DNA of 64,000 nucleotides from Ruminococcus bicirculans (ex Wegman et al. 2014) (GTDB lineage Bacteria; Bacillota; Clostridia; Christensenellales; DTU072): NCBI GenBank assembly GCA_963642145.1, contig CAVIFU010000001.1, positions 4,645 to 68,644 of the forward strand, read 5' to 3'. Shown piece by piece: positions 37,421 to 44,027 of this stretch (position 1 is its first letter; each line of letters starts with the position of its first letter). The notes under the pieces were generated by a model. It saw only the letters and a program-made list of their open reading frames with translations, ran no database searches and was not told where the DNA came from. The position numbers and the translations under genes were made by a program.

Positions 37421-38485
37421 TTATTTCTTCCTGAGCGTGACTTTGGTGCTCGCGTCGCGTTTTATGTCCTCATCAAGCGCCGCGTAATGTTTTTTTGTCG
37501 TATTTACGTCACGGTGCCCGAGAACTTCCGCAACCACGTAAATATCCTTTGTCTCACGGTAGAGTGCGGTTCCGTAGGTTGAACGCAGCTTGTGCGGAGA
37601 CACCGATTTAAGCGGATTTACAATACCTGTGTATTTTTTAATTAAGTTTTCCACGGCGCGTACGGTTATTCGTTTGTTTTGCAGGGACAAAAACAGGGCA
37701 TTTTCTTCGCCGTATTTCCCGGCTTTCATCAATCTGTCATTACGCCAGCCGATGTATAGGTCCAGAGCCTCTTTTACTTCGTCCGAAAAGTACAAAACGG
37801 ACATATTGCCGCCTTTGCGCGTCACCTTGAATGCGTTATTTGTCATATCGATGTCGTCAACGTTCAATCCGACAAGTTCGCTTACACGGATTCCCGTGCC
37901 TAAGAACATAGAGATAATGGCGAGATCGCGATCTCGTGTATTCAGATTATATGCGTCGCGGAACTCGGAACCGAATTTTTTATCGCTTTCCACGGTTGCC
38001 ATTACGCCGTCAACTTCGCTGTCATCCAAGCGGATTATTGTTTTATCGTGGAGTTTTGGCATTGAAACTTTTGATGCGACGTTTTCGTCCAACATATTCT
38101 TATTGTAGAAATACTTGAACATTGAGCGGACGGAGCTTAATTTGCGCGCTTTGGCTTTTTCGCCGTTGCAATAGGGCTTGCCGTTATAAGTATAATAAGA
38201 TAAATAACGCAAAAAATACTCAATTTCAGTCGATGTTACGTAGTCGTTGAGATCTTGTAGCGTGATATTGGCAACGTTTTTGCCGATGAAACCGCGCACT
38301 TTATGCGTTAAAAAATCGAAAAATATTCCGAGATCCGTCGCGTAATTCAGCTTTGTGAGCACAGACGTTCGCATATCTATACCGGTGAAAAAATCGTTGC
38401 AAAAATAAGGGAGTTTTTCCAAAACTTCGCTGAACTTTTCGTATTTTTCACGGTTAAATTCATCGTAATATCTTTCTTTTGCCAT
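37421..38485 (-). CDS. tyrosine-type site-specific recombinase (XerC/D / phage integrase family)
   Basis: C-terminal catalytic region ..GTGIRVSELVGL.., SPHKLRSTYGTALY, LGHRDVNTTKKHYAALD (R..HxxR..Y). The start is uncertain: ATG 38485 (MAKERYYDE) is preferred over track start 38620. It is not clear whether this gene belongs to the island or to the host. Confidence 0.85.
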   Translation of the reverse strand: MAKERYYDEFNREKYEKFSEVLEKLPYFCNDFFTGIDMRTSVLTKLNYATDLGIFFDFLTHKVRGFIGKNVANITLQDLNDYVTSTEIEYFLRYLSYYTYNGKPYCNGEKAKARKLSSVRSMFKYFYNKNMLDENVASKVSMPKLHDKTIIRLDDSEVDGVMATVESDKKFGSEFRDAYNLNTRDRDLAIISMFLGTGIRVSELVGLNVDDIDMTNNAFKVTRKGGNMSVLYFSDEVKEALDLYIGWRNDRLMKAGKYGEENALFLSLQNKRITVRAVENLIKKYTGIVNPLKSVSPHKLRSTYGTALYRETKDIYVVAEVLGHRDVNTTKKHYAALDEDIKRDASTKVTLRKK

Positions 38486-38858
38486 AAGTAAAATATAACA
38501 CATTTTGCGAATAAATACAACCATAAAATAAATATTTTTGCGGAATCGTATTGTGCGATCGAGAAGAAATTGAAACGTTGAAAGATACCGATCGAAGAAT
38601 TGTTTGTAAAGCGAAACCATATTACCATACGCATGAAAACTTGGTCCGGTCGGACTTTATAAGATACTATAAAAATTATTCGAGCGCGATCAAATGATAA
38701 GCTTAAATCATAAAAAACAATACGTTGCGGCTCGGAGAATTTGAGCTATAAAAAATTATGCGAATAGATAGCTCGGATTTGAGAAAAATCGGCCAAAAAC
38801 AAGTTTTACCGAAAAACAGCCATAAATTATCAAAAATCAACCACTCTCGGACGCTATT

Positions 38859-38886
38859 TATTCGCAAAACTATTGTTTTGCGAATA
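38859..38886. repeat. perfect 12-bp inverted repeat TATTCGCAAAAC-tatt-GTTTTGCGAATA downstream of the island operon
   Basis: Read directly. Each arm contains the recurring TTTGCGAATA motif. Confidence 0.8.
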
Positions 38887-38901
38887 GTTATTTCAATACC
38901 C

Positions 38902-39420
38902 TCATTTTCGCCTATTTTTTACGTCTTTTTTTCGCGACGTCCAAAAAGACTTTCTCATCACTTCTTCACGCTTTCGACGTGCCTCTCGTTGCTTCTCGTC
39001 ACACTCTTCCCACTCGTCATACGTTGTATACAGCTCTCCGTCAAGGTAGCCCTCTCTGTCTGACTCAACCTCTTCCTCCGCTCTGTCTTTACGCCGTTCG
39101 CGAAGCTCTTCCATGCGCTCTGACGGCGTCTTCATCTTACTAAACTCTTTCGGCATGTATAACTCCGTCAGCATTTTACAGATCTCTATCGGTGACTTAA
39201 AACTACGGTACGTTATCTTATCGAAGTCAAAGCTCATCACACGGTAGCAATGCAGGCTTGTACGCTCTATCATATGTATCTCCGTAAATATCACTCCGCG
39301 CGCCCTTCCGAGCCTATATAACACGAAATCGGTATAACTGTTACAGGCATTCATCTGATAATAATCGAGAATCCCGTACGTTATCATATTCATCAACAAC
39401 CAATCCCACGTAAAGCTCAT
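38902..39420 (-). CDS. hypothetical protein (172 aa; hydrophobic/aromatic N-terminal half, highly charged E/R/K-rich C-terminal half)
   Basis: ATGA overlap with the upstream NTPase gene; AAGGAGA SD. I recognise no family. Confidence 0.7.
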   Translation of the reverse strand: MSFTWDWLLMNMITYGILDYYQMNACNSYTDFVLYRLGRARGVIFTEIHMIERTSLHCYRVMSFDFDKITYRSFKSPIEICKMLTELYMPKEFSKMKTPSERMEELRERRKDRAEEEVESDREGYLDGELYTTYDEWEECDEKQREARRKREEVMRKSFWTSRKKDVKNRRK

Positions 39421-41765
39421 TTAAGTTGTCTCCTTCTCTGTTCCTCATAGCCTCTCTCATAGCCCTTCTGCCATGCCTCAAAGCTTGCCTCTTCTTGCTC
39501 CGATATCTTTTCCTTCCGTTTAACGTCTGCCTTGTAAAGCCCTTTTAGATACTTTTCAAAGCCCTTCTCCTCTGTCGGAGCCGGCGTCTCTTTCTTTTTG
39601 GTGCCGAATAACGAGCTCATCAGGTAACTGTTTTGCAGTTTCATCTCCCCCAACGTCGCTCTGACGCCGGCGTATTCCTTGTAATCCCTAAGCCCTTTAC
39701 CGCTCTTAATAGCTTTCTTCTGGAAATAGTCCGCAAAGCAGTCCGTTGCATATCTATCAGCATATACGACCTTATTAAGTAAATAATACCGTTCCGAAGT
39801 TATGCTGCCGTCCATAGTTCCGGCTTCAAGGCTTAACGCCAATTCACATATACCGTACTTACTCTTGATACGCTCTTTTCTGTCAAAGAACAACTTGACG
39901 GTATGCTTCAATAAGTACATTATCAGCGTATTATCGCCTCTGTAATACCTAAATTTATAATATACGTCGGAGAATTTATCGCAAAGCCATGTACAAGCGT
40001 CATATTCCAGTAGCCCTAACGGCAAAGCATATCTCTCCGGCAGTTTATCGTCTATATACGTTATCGTCGTAAGCTCCCTGTTATCCGCATTCAGACTCTC
40101 CGGGCGTTGATCGTCACAGAACAACTTGAAGAACGGATAATAGTCAACCGTCGAAGGGTGTCTACACAGTTTCAAGAACGTATTAAAGCCATCATTCTTT
40201 TGGTTAGCGAAATCATCGTCCTTGCGAAGTCCTTGACTCTCTACCTGATTGAGTCTCTCCTTACCTATCTCAGATATATTGAGTACGCCGAACTCCAAAC
40301 TCCCGGATAGCGGATTCTCAACTACCACTTGCTTAGTGGGGCGCGTGACATCGAAGTCTAAGATCTTACTGTAATGCCCGCACAACGTAGCGTTAAAGCT
40401 CTCCCGGCAAATCGAATCGTTGTTCCAAAGCGGAAAATTACCTTGCGTATCGAGCTCATCGTCTACACGTATAGCATAGTTACTTATATTAAAGTTGTCA
40501 CATGTATAAATAAAGAATGCTGCGCAATATGTACGGATAACATCCTCCAAGTATTCTATTTTATTGCCGGAATTATAGGTATGCGGTAAATCTAAAGAGT
40601 AATCAACGCAAATTACGTCTTCTACCGCCCTGTCAGGATGTCTACGGTTATGACGCTCCACGCAACGCTTTACAAGTCCCGGCGTTAGCATGTAAATAAA
40701 CATGTTAGCGAAGTTATTAGCGGTAGCTAAATTGTAAATGTCTCCGCGCTCCAGACTGTTGATAAACACCTGCTCCAATACTCCCCACGGAAAGTCAGGA
40801 AACTTCATGTCGCATTTATACAAGATCTCATATGCCTTATCACGGAAATTAGCCCGACAATTTAGCGCAAGTGACGTTGCAAGCAAAGTTTTCCCCTTGC
40901 CCATATTCCCGGCAATAAAGGTACAGGTAGGAAGCTCCTCCACGAATGCCCTATTAGCTCCGTCCAATCTATGCAATACTTTATCCGCGCGGCGGTGACG
41001 CCACACGTCAAAAAGTACAAGCCCTATCACGATCCAAATCGGTACCGGAAGCCCTGAAAACATTAAACTCAAATCAAGCACAAGCTTATATAACTGCTTA
41101 TAGATTGTAGTTACGTCGAAGGTGCACGAGAAATGGAAAAAGTACGCCAACACCGCGCACAGTATCGAAACAACGTTCAAATTCAACAGCCATATACAAA
41201 GCCATATATACGGATACGCTTTATTAGTACTCAAGAAATCGATATACGTACGTATATATTCTTTTACAGGATAATAAGTCTTGTCAAGCGCACCCTTATA
41301 TGCTTTCAAAGGCTTAGACTCTTCTCCGTGATCATTATTCTCCCGGTAAAACAACGTCTTAAAGAGCTGATACATAGCGATAACCAGAGCGACGATTATT
41401 CCGCCGAAGGCACTGCCGACAAAGAATACATCGAAGACCTTCTCAAGGTAAGCCATAAAATTAGACTTATCCGCAAAACTTGACCAATACGCCAGGAACT
41501 TAGTAACAAATACCGGGTAATCATCTTTAATGGGATACGTCGCAACAGACTCTCCCACCACCGTAGGTGCAAGATCTCCGGGGATCTCGAATATAGTCTT
41601 GTAATAATATACAACCGATAAAGCAAGATCGCGCACGGTTTCTCCAAAACGAATATAACTTGCACGATAGACAAAAGCGCCGAGCAGCACGAATAACAAC
41701 GTTATACCCCACGCTATATAGTGTCTATGATTCAATTTTTGGAAAAACTCTTTTATCTTCTTCAT
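39417..41765 (-). CDS. multi-pass membrane P-loop NTPase, Zot/pI-like (filamentous-phage assembly ATPase-like)
   Basis: 782 aa with ~5 hydrophobic segments in residues 16-254. Walker A is GNMGKGKT (res 286-293, nt 40887-40910). Walker B candidates are AIRVDDE (431-437) and VLNISE (494-499). Downstream, FLKLCRH....FKLFCDDQRPESL resembles the Zot 'RH.G.D....Q' block. Confidence 0.8.
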   Translation of the reverse strand: MKKIKEFFQKLNHRHYIAWGITLLFVLLGAFVYRASYIRFGETVRDLALSVVYYYKTIFEIPGDLAPTVVGESVATYPIKDDYPVFVTKFLAYWSSFADKSNFMAYLEKVFDVFFVGSAFGGIIVALVIAMYQLFKTLFYRENNDHGEESKPLKAYKGALDKTYYPVKEYIRTYIDFLSTNKAYPYIWLCIWLLNLNVVSILCAVLAYFFHFSCTFDVTTIYKQLYKLVLDLSLMFSGLPVPIWIVIGLVLFDVWRHRRADKVLHRLDGANRAFVEELPTCTFIAGNMGKGKTLLATSLALNCRANFRDKAYEILYKCDMKFPDFPWGVLEQVFINSLERGDIYNLATANNFANMFIYMLTPGLVKRCVERHNRRHPDRAVEDVICVDYSLDLPHTYNSGNKIEYLEDVIRTYCAAFFIYTCDNFNISNYAIRVDDELDTQGNFPLWNNDSICRESFNATLCGHYSKILDFDVTRPTKQVVVENPLSGSLEFGVLNISEIGKERLNQVESQGLRKDDDFANQKNDGFNTFLKLCRHPSTVDYYPFFKLFCDDQRPESLNADNRELTTITYIDDKLPERYALPLGLLEYDACTWLCDKFSDVYYKFRYYRGDNTLIMYLLKHTVKLFFDRKERIKSKYGICELALSLEAGTMDGSITSERYYLLNKVVYADRYATDCFADYFQKKAIKSGKGLRDYKEYAGVRATLGEMKLQNSYLMSSLFGTKKKETPAPTEEKGFEKYLKGLYKADVKRKEKISEQEEASFEAWQKGYERGYEEQRRRQLK

Positions 41766-41779
41766 GGTTGATTAAATAA

Positions 41780-41872
41780 CTACATATTAACTCCGGTATA
41801 TACAAGGTATCCGATAAAGAACGCAAGCCCCAATACGAATACAAATCCTACAATTCTTCTAAAAGTTTTCAC
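41780..41872 (-). CDS. 30-aa single-TM peptide (V/M)KTFRRIVGFVFVLGLAFFIGYLVYTGVNM; candidate coat or minor virion/membrane protein
   Basis: Not in the ORF track because it is too short. The GTG start overlaps the TGA stop of the upstream gene (GTGA), with GGAGA 4 nt upstream. It ends 14 nt before the NTPase start. Confidence 0.5.
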   Translation of the reverse strand: MKTFRRIVGFVFVLGLAFFIGYLVYTGVNM

Positions 41873-42534
41873 GTTGTCTCCGCAGTGGGCTCAAAAGATA
41901 TGATCTCGAAGCTCTCGATAGTTTTTTCTGTTGCAATTATACCCAACGTTAAAGTATGACTATTCTTATCTGCATGATCATGATAATAAACAGTGGTACG
42001 AGAGAACAAAGAACTAATATCATAAACGTTCGAAAACAAAAGATAAATATGATAATTAGCAGTATCTAAAGTTTCCACAGCTCTACCATGATACAAACAA
42101 TTATCTGTCAGATATTTCTTTGTTAAATCACTTTCGCCCAAAGTGGTAAAAGCATATTCTTCACCGTTTACAAGTGCGGTCAAAGTGTACCCGTCAAGCA
42201 TTCTTTCCGTTCCGTTATATACACCTAAATCTGCAAGATCGATAGTATAACAATAGTTAGTAGGAGCAGTAACGCCGGCGTAACTAGAAGTATAGGTACT
42301 AAATACAACGCCTCTGTCGCTCATTTTGATACCGGGGAGTAAAGGTTTAACATCCTCGATATATGTAACGTCAGAGTCCTCTTCCGGAGTCTCTTCCGGA
42401 GCAAACCACTCTTTATAATTCCAGTTTTTGAACCCACCGGAGCCTATACCCACAACCGTTGCGGATACGCTAACCGCAACTAATATACAGATTATACTTA
42501 TTATCACGCTTTTTGCTTTACTTTCTTTTTTCAT
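41869..42534 (-). CDS. N-terminally membrane-anchored or secreted protein (221 aa), unknown function
   Basis: Start at ATG 42534 (MKKESKAKSVIISIICILVAVSVSATVVG), because track start 42600 would run through the divergent promoter/operator. The extracytoplasmic domain looks beta-rich. No family recognised. Confidence 0.7.
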   Translation of the reverse strand: MKKESKAKSVIISIICILVAVSVSATVVGIGSGGFKNWNYKEWFAPEETPEEDSDVTYIEDVKPLLPGIKMSDRGVVFSTYTSSYAGVTAPTNYCYTIDLADLGVYNGTERMLDGYTLTALVNGEEYAFTTLGESDLTKKYLTDNCLYHGRAVETLDTANYHIYLLFSNVYDISSLFSRTTVYYHDHADKNSHTLTLGIIATEKTIESFEIISFEPTAETT

Positions 42535-42550
42535 GTTTTTACCTACTAAT

Positions 42551-42592
42551 TTGTCAAAACCACTTGACAACGTCTTTTTTAGTATATATAAT
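42551..42592 (+). promoter_or_regulatory. perfect consensus promoter TTGACA-17-TATAAT with an overlapping operator-like palindrome TTGTCAA-N6-TTGACAA
   Basis: -35 at 42564-42569, -10 at 42587-42592. The palindrome arms are 42551-42557 and 42564-42570. The whole unit is duplicated at 44309-44350. Confidence 0.65.
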
Positions 42593-42598
42593 CGTCTC

Positions 42599-42674
42599 AA
42601 TGGTAACGCGATTCTTTATGAATCCCTGGCTAATGTTTTTATTAACAATGGCACTGCGTTACCATTATTTTTTT
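42599..42674 (+). ncRNA. candidate ~76-nt hairpin sRNA convergent with, and overlapping the 3' end of, the 119-aa gene
   Basis: It would start ~7 nt after the -10. An 11-bp closing stem AATGGTAACGC / GCGTTACCATT encloses an inner GATTC/GAATC hairpin and is followed by T7. The T-tract is the complement of the gene's terminal Lys codons. Confidence 0.5.
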
Positions 42675-43024
42675 ATCTTCTTTAAGTAGTTATCCTTAGC
42701 CTTATCTCCGTATTTTTTAGCAACCTTGTAATCGTTAACAGTTACCGTTCCTTTATAAGAATTAAAATATTGAGATTTTACATCCACTATCCCTTGTCTT
42801 CGGAGATATGATACTTTTCCATCATTTAGCGGACTCTTCTCTAATCGATAATTATTACCGCTATTTTTACCTTTTCCTTTGGAAGCCTGAGTAGTCAATC
42901 CCACCGACACATATTTATCTTTAACAGAATCGGTAATTATATGGTAGTGACCGCCGTTTTTATCTTTGTGCTTCTTAATTTTCACCGGTACAACGTTGTC
43001 CTTCTTCTTAGAATCTTTTTTCAA
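42665..43024 (-). CDS. Lys-rich basic small protein, paralogue A (119 aa)
   Basis: TTG start 6 nt after AAGGAGA. Shares KY.SVG(L/I)T.Q ... L...P......SY(L/I)R..GI(V/I)D ... Y with the 112-aa ORF. Confidence 0.7.
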   Translation of the reverse strand: MKKDSKKKDNVVPVKIKKHKDKNGGHYHIITDSVKDKYVSVGLTTQASKGKGKNSGNNYRLEKSPLNDGKVSYLRRQGIVDVKSQYFNSYKGTVTVNDYKVAKKYGDKAKDNYLKKIKK

Positions 43025-43148
43025 GATATCTCCTTACATGTAATGTTTTAGTGGGTTTTTGCCGGGAACCCACTAAACCCGATTTACATGGCTATTAACC
43101 TCACCTTGTTTATTTACGGATACTGCCGTATCAGTTTTTGATTTTTGC

Positions 43149-43177
43149 TTGACATGTTTCAAACAATGACATATACT
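43149..43177 (+). promoter_or_regulatory. consensus promoter TTGACA-17-TATACT
   Basis: Hexamers read directly. The spacer contains the small palindrome TGTTTcAAACA. Confidence 0.6.
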
Positions 43178-43183
43178 TACTAT

Positions 43184-43251
43184 GTTGGATTTATCCAGCA
43201 TAAGTAAGCGAAGGTATTGACTTTGGGTCAATGTGCTTACTTATTTTTTTT
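43184..43251 (+). ncRNA. candidate ~68-nt sRNA convergent with, and overlapping the 3' end of, the 112-aa gene
   Basis: A 10-bp stem ATAAGTAAGC / GCTTACTTAT encloses ATTGAC-tttgg-GTCAAT and is followed by T8. The 3' arm covers the gene's stop codon (43237-43239). Confidence 0.5.
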
Positions 43252-43575
43252 ACGATTTTTCTTATAATTGCGGATTTTCGATTTCACTTTTGGATAATCC
43301 TCATCAGAAAATTTATAATTATTTTTCGCACGCCCATATGAATCGTGTTTATCTCGGATAATTCCGTTCCTTATATATGCACTATCAGTTCGACATTTTT
43401 GCGGATTGTTTTTCAAAGGCATATTTTCTTTACCAAACGTTTGCTGTTGATGAGTAATTCCGACAGAAGAATACTTCTTGCCATCATCCTCAAATATATA
43501 AGTCATGTGTTTCTGATTAGCATTAAAACGGAATTCATTCTTTGCGACACTTTTTCTCTTTTTTGCCATAATCAA
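43237..43575 (-). CDS. Lys-rich basic small protein, paralogue B (112 aa from TTG 43575; 110 aa from ATG 43569)
   Basis: Clear paralogy to the 119-aa ORF. No SD is adjacent to either start; an AGGAGG lies ~30 nt upstream. Confidence 0.6.
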   Translation of the reverse strand: MIMAKKRKSVAKNEFRFNANQKHMTYIFEDDGKKYSSVGITHQQQTFGKENMPLKNNPQKCRTDSAYIRNGIIRDKHDSYGRAKNNYKFSDEDYPKVKSKIRNYKKNRKKNK

Positions 43576-43700
43576 CGTTTACTATGTTTAGCTCAACGAC
43601 CTCCTATTTAGATTTATTTATACTTAGAATCTCAAAAGATTCGACAGCATCGAAACCACTAATTAGCTATTTGGGTTAGATAAATTGAAATATAAAACTA

Positions 43701-43728
43701 AAAGACGGACTTATACCCGTCTTTTTTT
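43701..43728. terminator. bidirectional terminator hairpin AAAGACGG-acttatac-CCGTCTTT
   Basis: T7 on the plus side; TTTTagTTTT on the minus side. Confidence 0.6.
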
Positions 43729-43735
43729 CACCCTA

Positions 43736-43764
43736 TTGCCTTCCTCGGAATGTTTTGCTATATC
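43736..43764 (+). promoter_or_regulatory. candidate promoter for the small peptide gene (TTGCCT-17-TATATC)
   Basis: Hexamers read directly. The SD AGGAGG (43776-43781) follows. Confidence 0.4.
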
Positions 43765-43787
43765 ACGCAAGAAAAAGGAGGTCACTC

Positions 43788-43868
43788 ATGTCAGTTTTTG
43801 AAATACTCTCTATAGTGCTTCAAATGTTGGATATCTTAGTATCCGTATTACAAAAACGCCATAAGTAA
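43788..43868 (+). CDS. 26-aa hydrophobic peptide MSVFEILSIVLQMLDILVSVLQKRHK; Hol-Tox-like or type I toxin candidate
   Basis: Not in the ORF track. AAAGGAGG ends 6 nt before the ATG. It has a single amphipathic/hydrophobic helix and a basic C-terminus. From memory, the N-terminal MSV.E.L pattern resembles the 'putative holin-like toxin' peptides of Firmicutes. Confidence 0.5.
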   Translation: MSVFEILSIVLQMLDILVSVLQKRHK

Positions 43869-43882
43869 CGCTCCCTTGCGTT

Positions 43883-43911
43883 ATTATAGCAAAACCTTCC
43901 CGTGTTGTCAA
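43883..43911 (-). promoter_or_regulatory. perfect consensus promoter TTGACA-17-TATAAT on the minus strand, firing antisense into the peptide gene
   Basis: The minus-strand hexamers correspond to plus-strand tgtcaa (43906-43911) and attata (43883-43888). The predicted start is ~8 nt beyond the peptide stop codon. Confidence 0.6.
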
Positions 43912-44001
43912 ACCTAAAAAACTGTCGTTTTTTCTCACCCTAACCATTACATTGTATTTTTTGAAAAATGCTTGTTGCAATGTTCTACTTTAATCAAGTT
44001 A

Positions 44002-44027
44002 ATAGGCGCGCGTGTGCGCGCGCCTAT
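44002..44027. repeat. perfect GC-rich palindrome ATAGGCGCGCG-tgtg-CGCGCGCCTAT
   Basis: Read directly: an 11-bp stem of mostly alternating G/C within AT-rich surroundings. Confidence 0.85.

Larger units (their letters stand above)
43692..43876 (-). ncRNA. candidate ~185-nt antisense RNA covering the whole peptide ORF, its SD and its promoter (type I antitoxin candidate)
   Basis: It is bounded by the consensus promoter at 43883-43911 and the bidirectional terminator at 43701-43728. Confidence 0.45.

Noticed and set aside
38672-38684. Short similarity between aaaattattcgag (38672-38684) and gaaattattttgag (44512-44525) as possible attL/attR core repeats of the island.
   Set aside because: Only ~8 contiguous AT-rich matches, which is indistinguishable from chance in AT-rich DNA. 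I found no convincing flanking direct repeats by eye, and an alignment-based search is needed.
38758-39063. 101-aa plus-strand ORF at the left end of the island. The other plus-strand ORFs inside the NTPase gene (40107..40310, 40374..40589, 40738..40998, 41133..41483) belong in the same group.
   Set aside because: They overlap the tightly coupled minus-strand operon or the palindrome region, lack RBSs, and have low-complexity composition typical of antisense frames in AT-rich DNA.
42600-42690. Possible 29-aa hydrophobic peptide (MVTRFFMNPWLMFLLTMALRYHYFFIFFK) encoded within the first hairpin sRNA.
   Set aside because: There is no SD. In the duplicated copy at 44359, the same frame terminates after 14 codons with an unrelated sequence. 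The conserved parts are the RNA stems, not the reading frame.
42665-43024. H-Y-H in the 119-aa protein (GGHYHIITD) as an HUH rolling-circle Rep motif.
   Set aside because: It is not conserved in the 112-aa paralogue (KHMTYIFED). The protein is far smaller than known HUH initiators, and no partner catalytic Tyr motif is evident.
43601-43606. AGGAGG on the minus strand ~30 nt upstream of the 112-aa ORF, as its ribosome-binding site.
   Set aside because: The spacing is far too long. The only start codon at proper distance opens a 2-codon ORF (TTG AGC TAA). It is kept only as a note that translation initiation of the 112-aa ORF is unclear.
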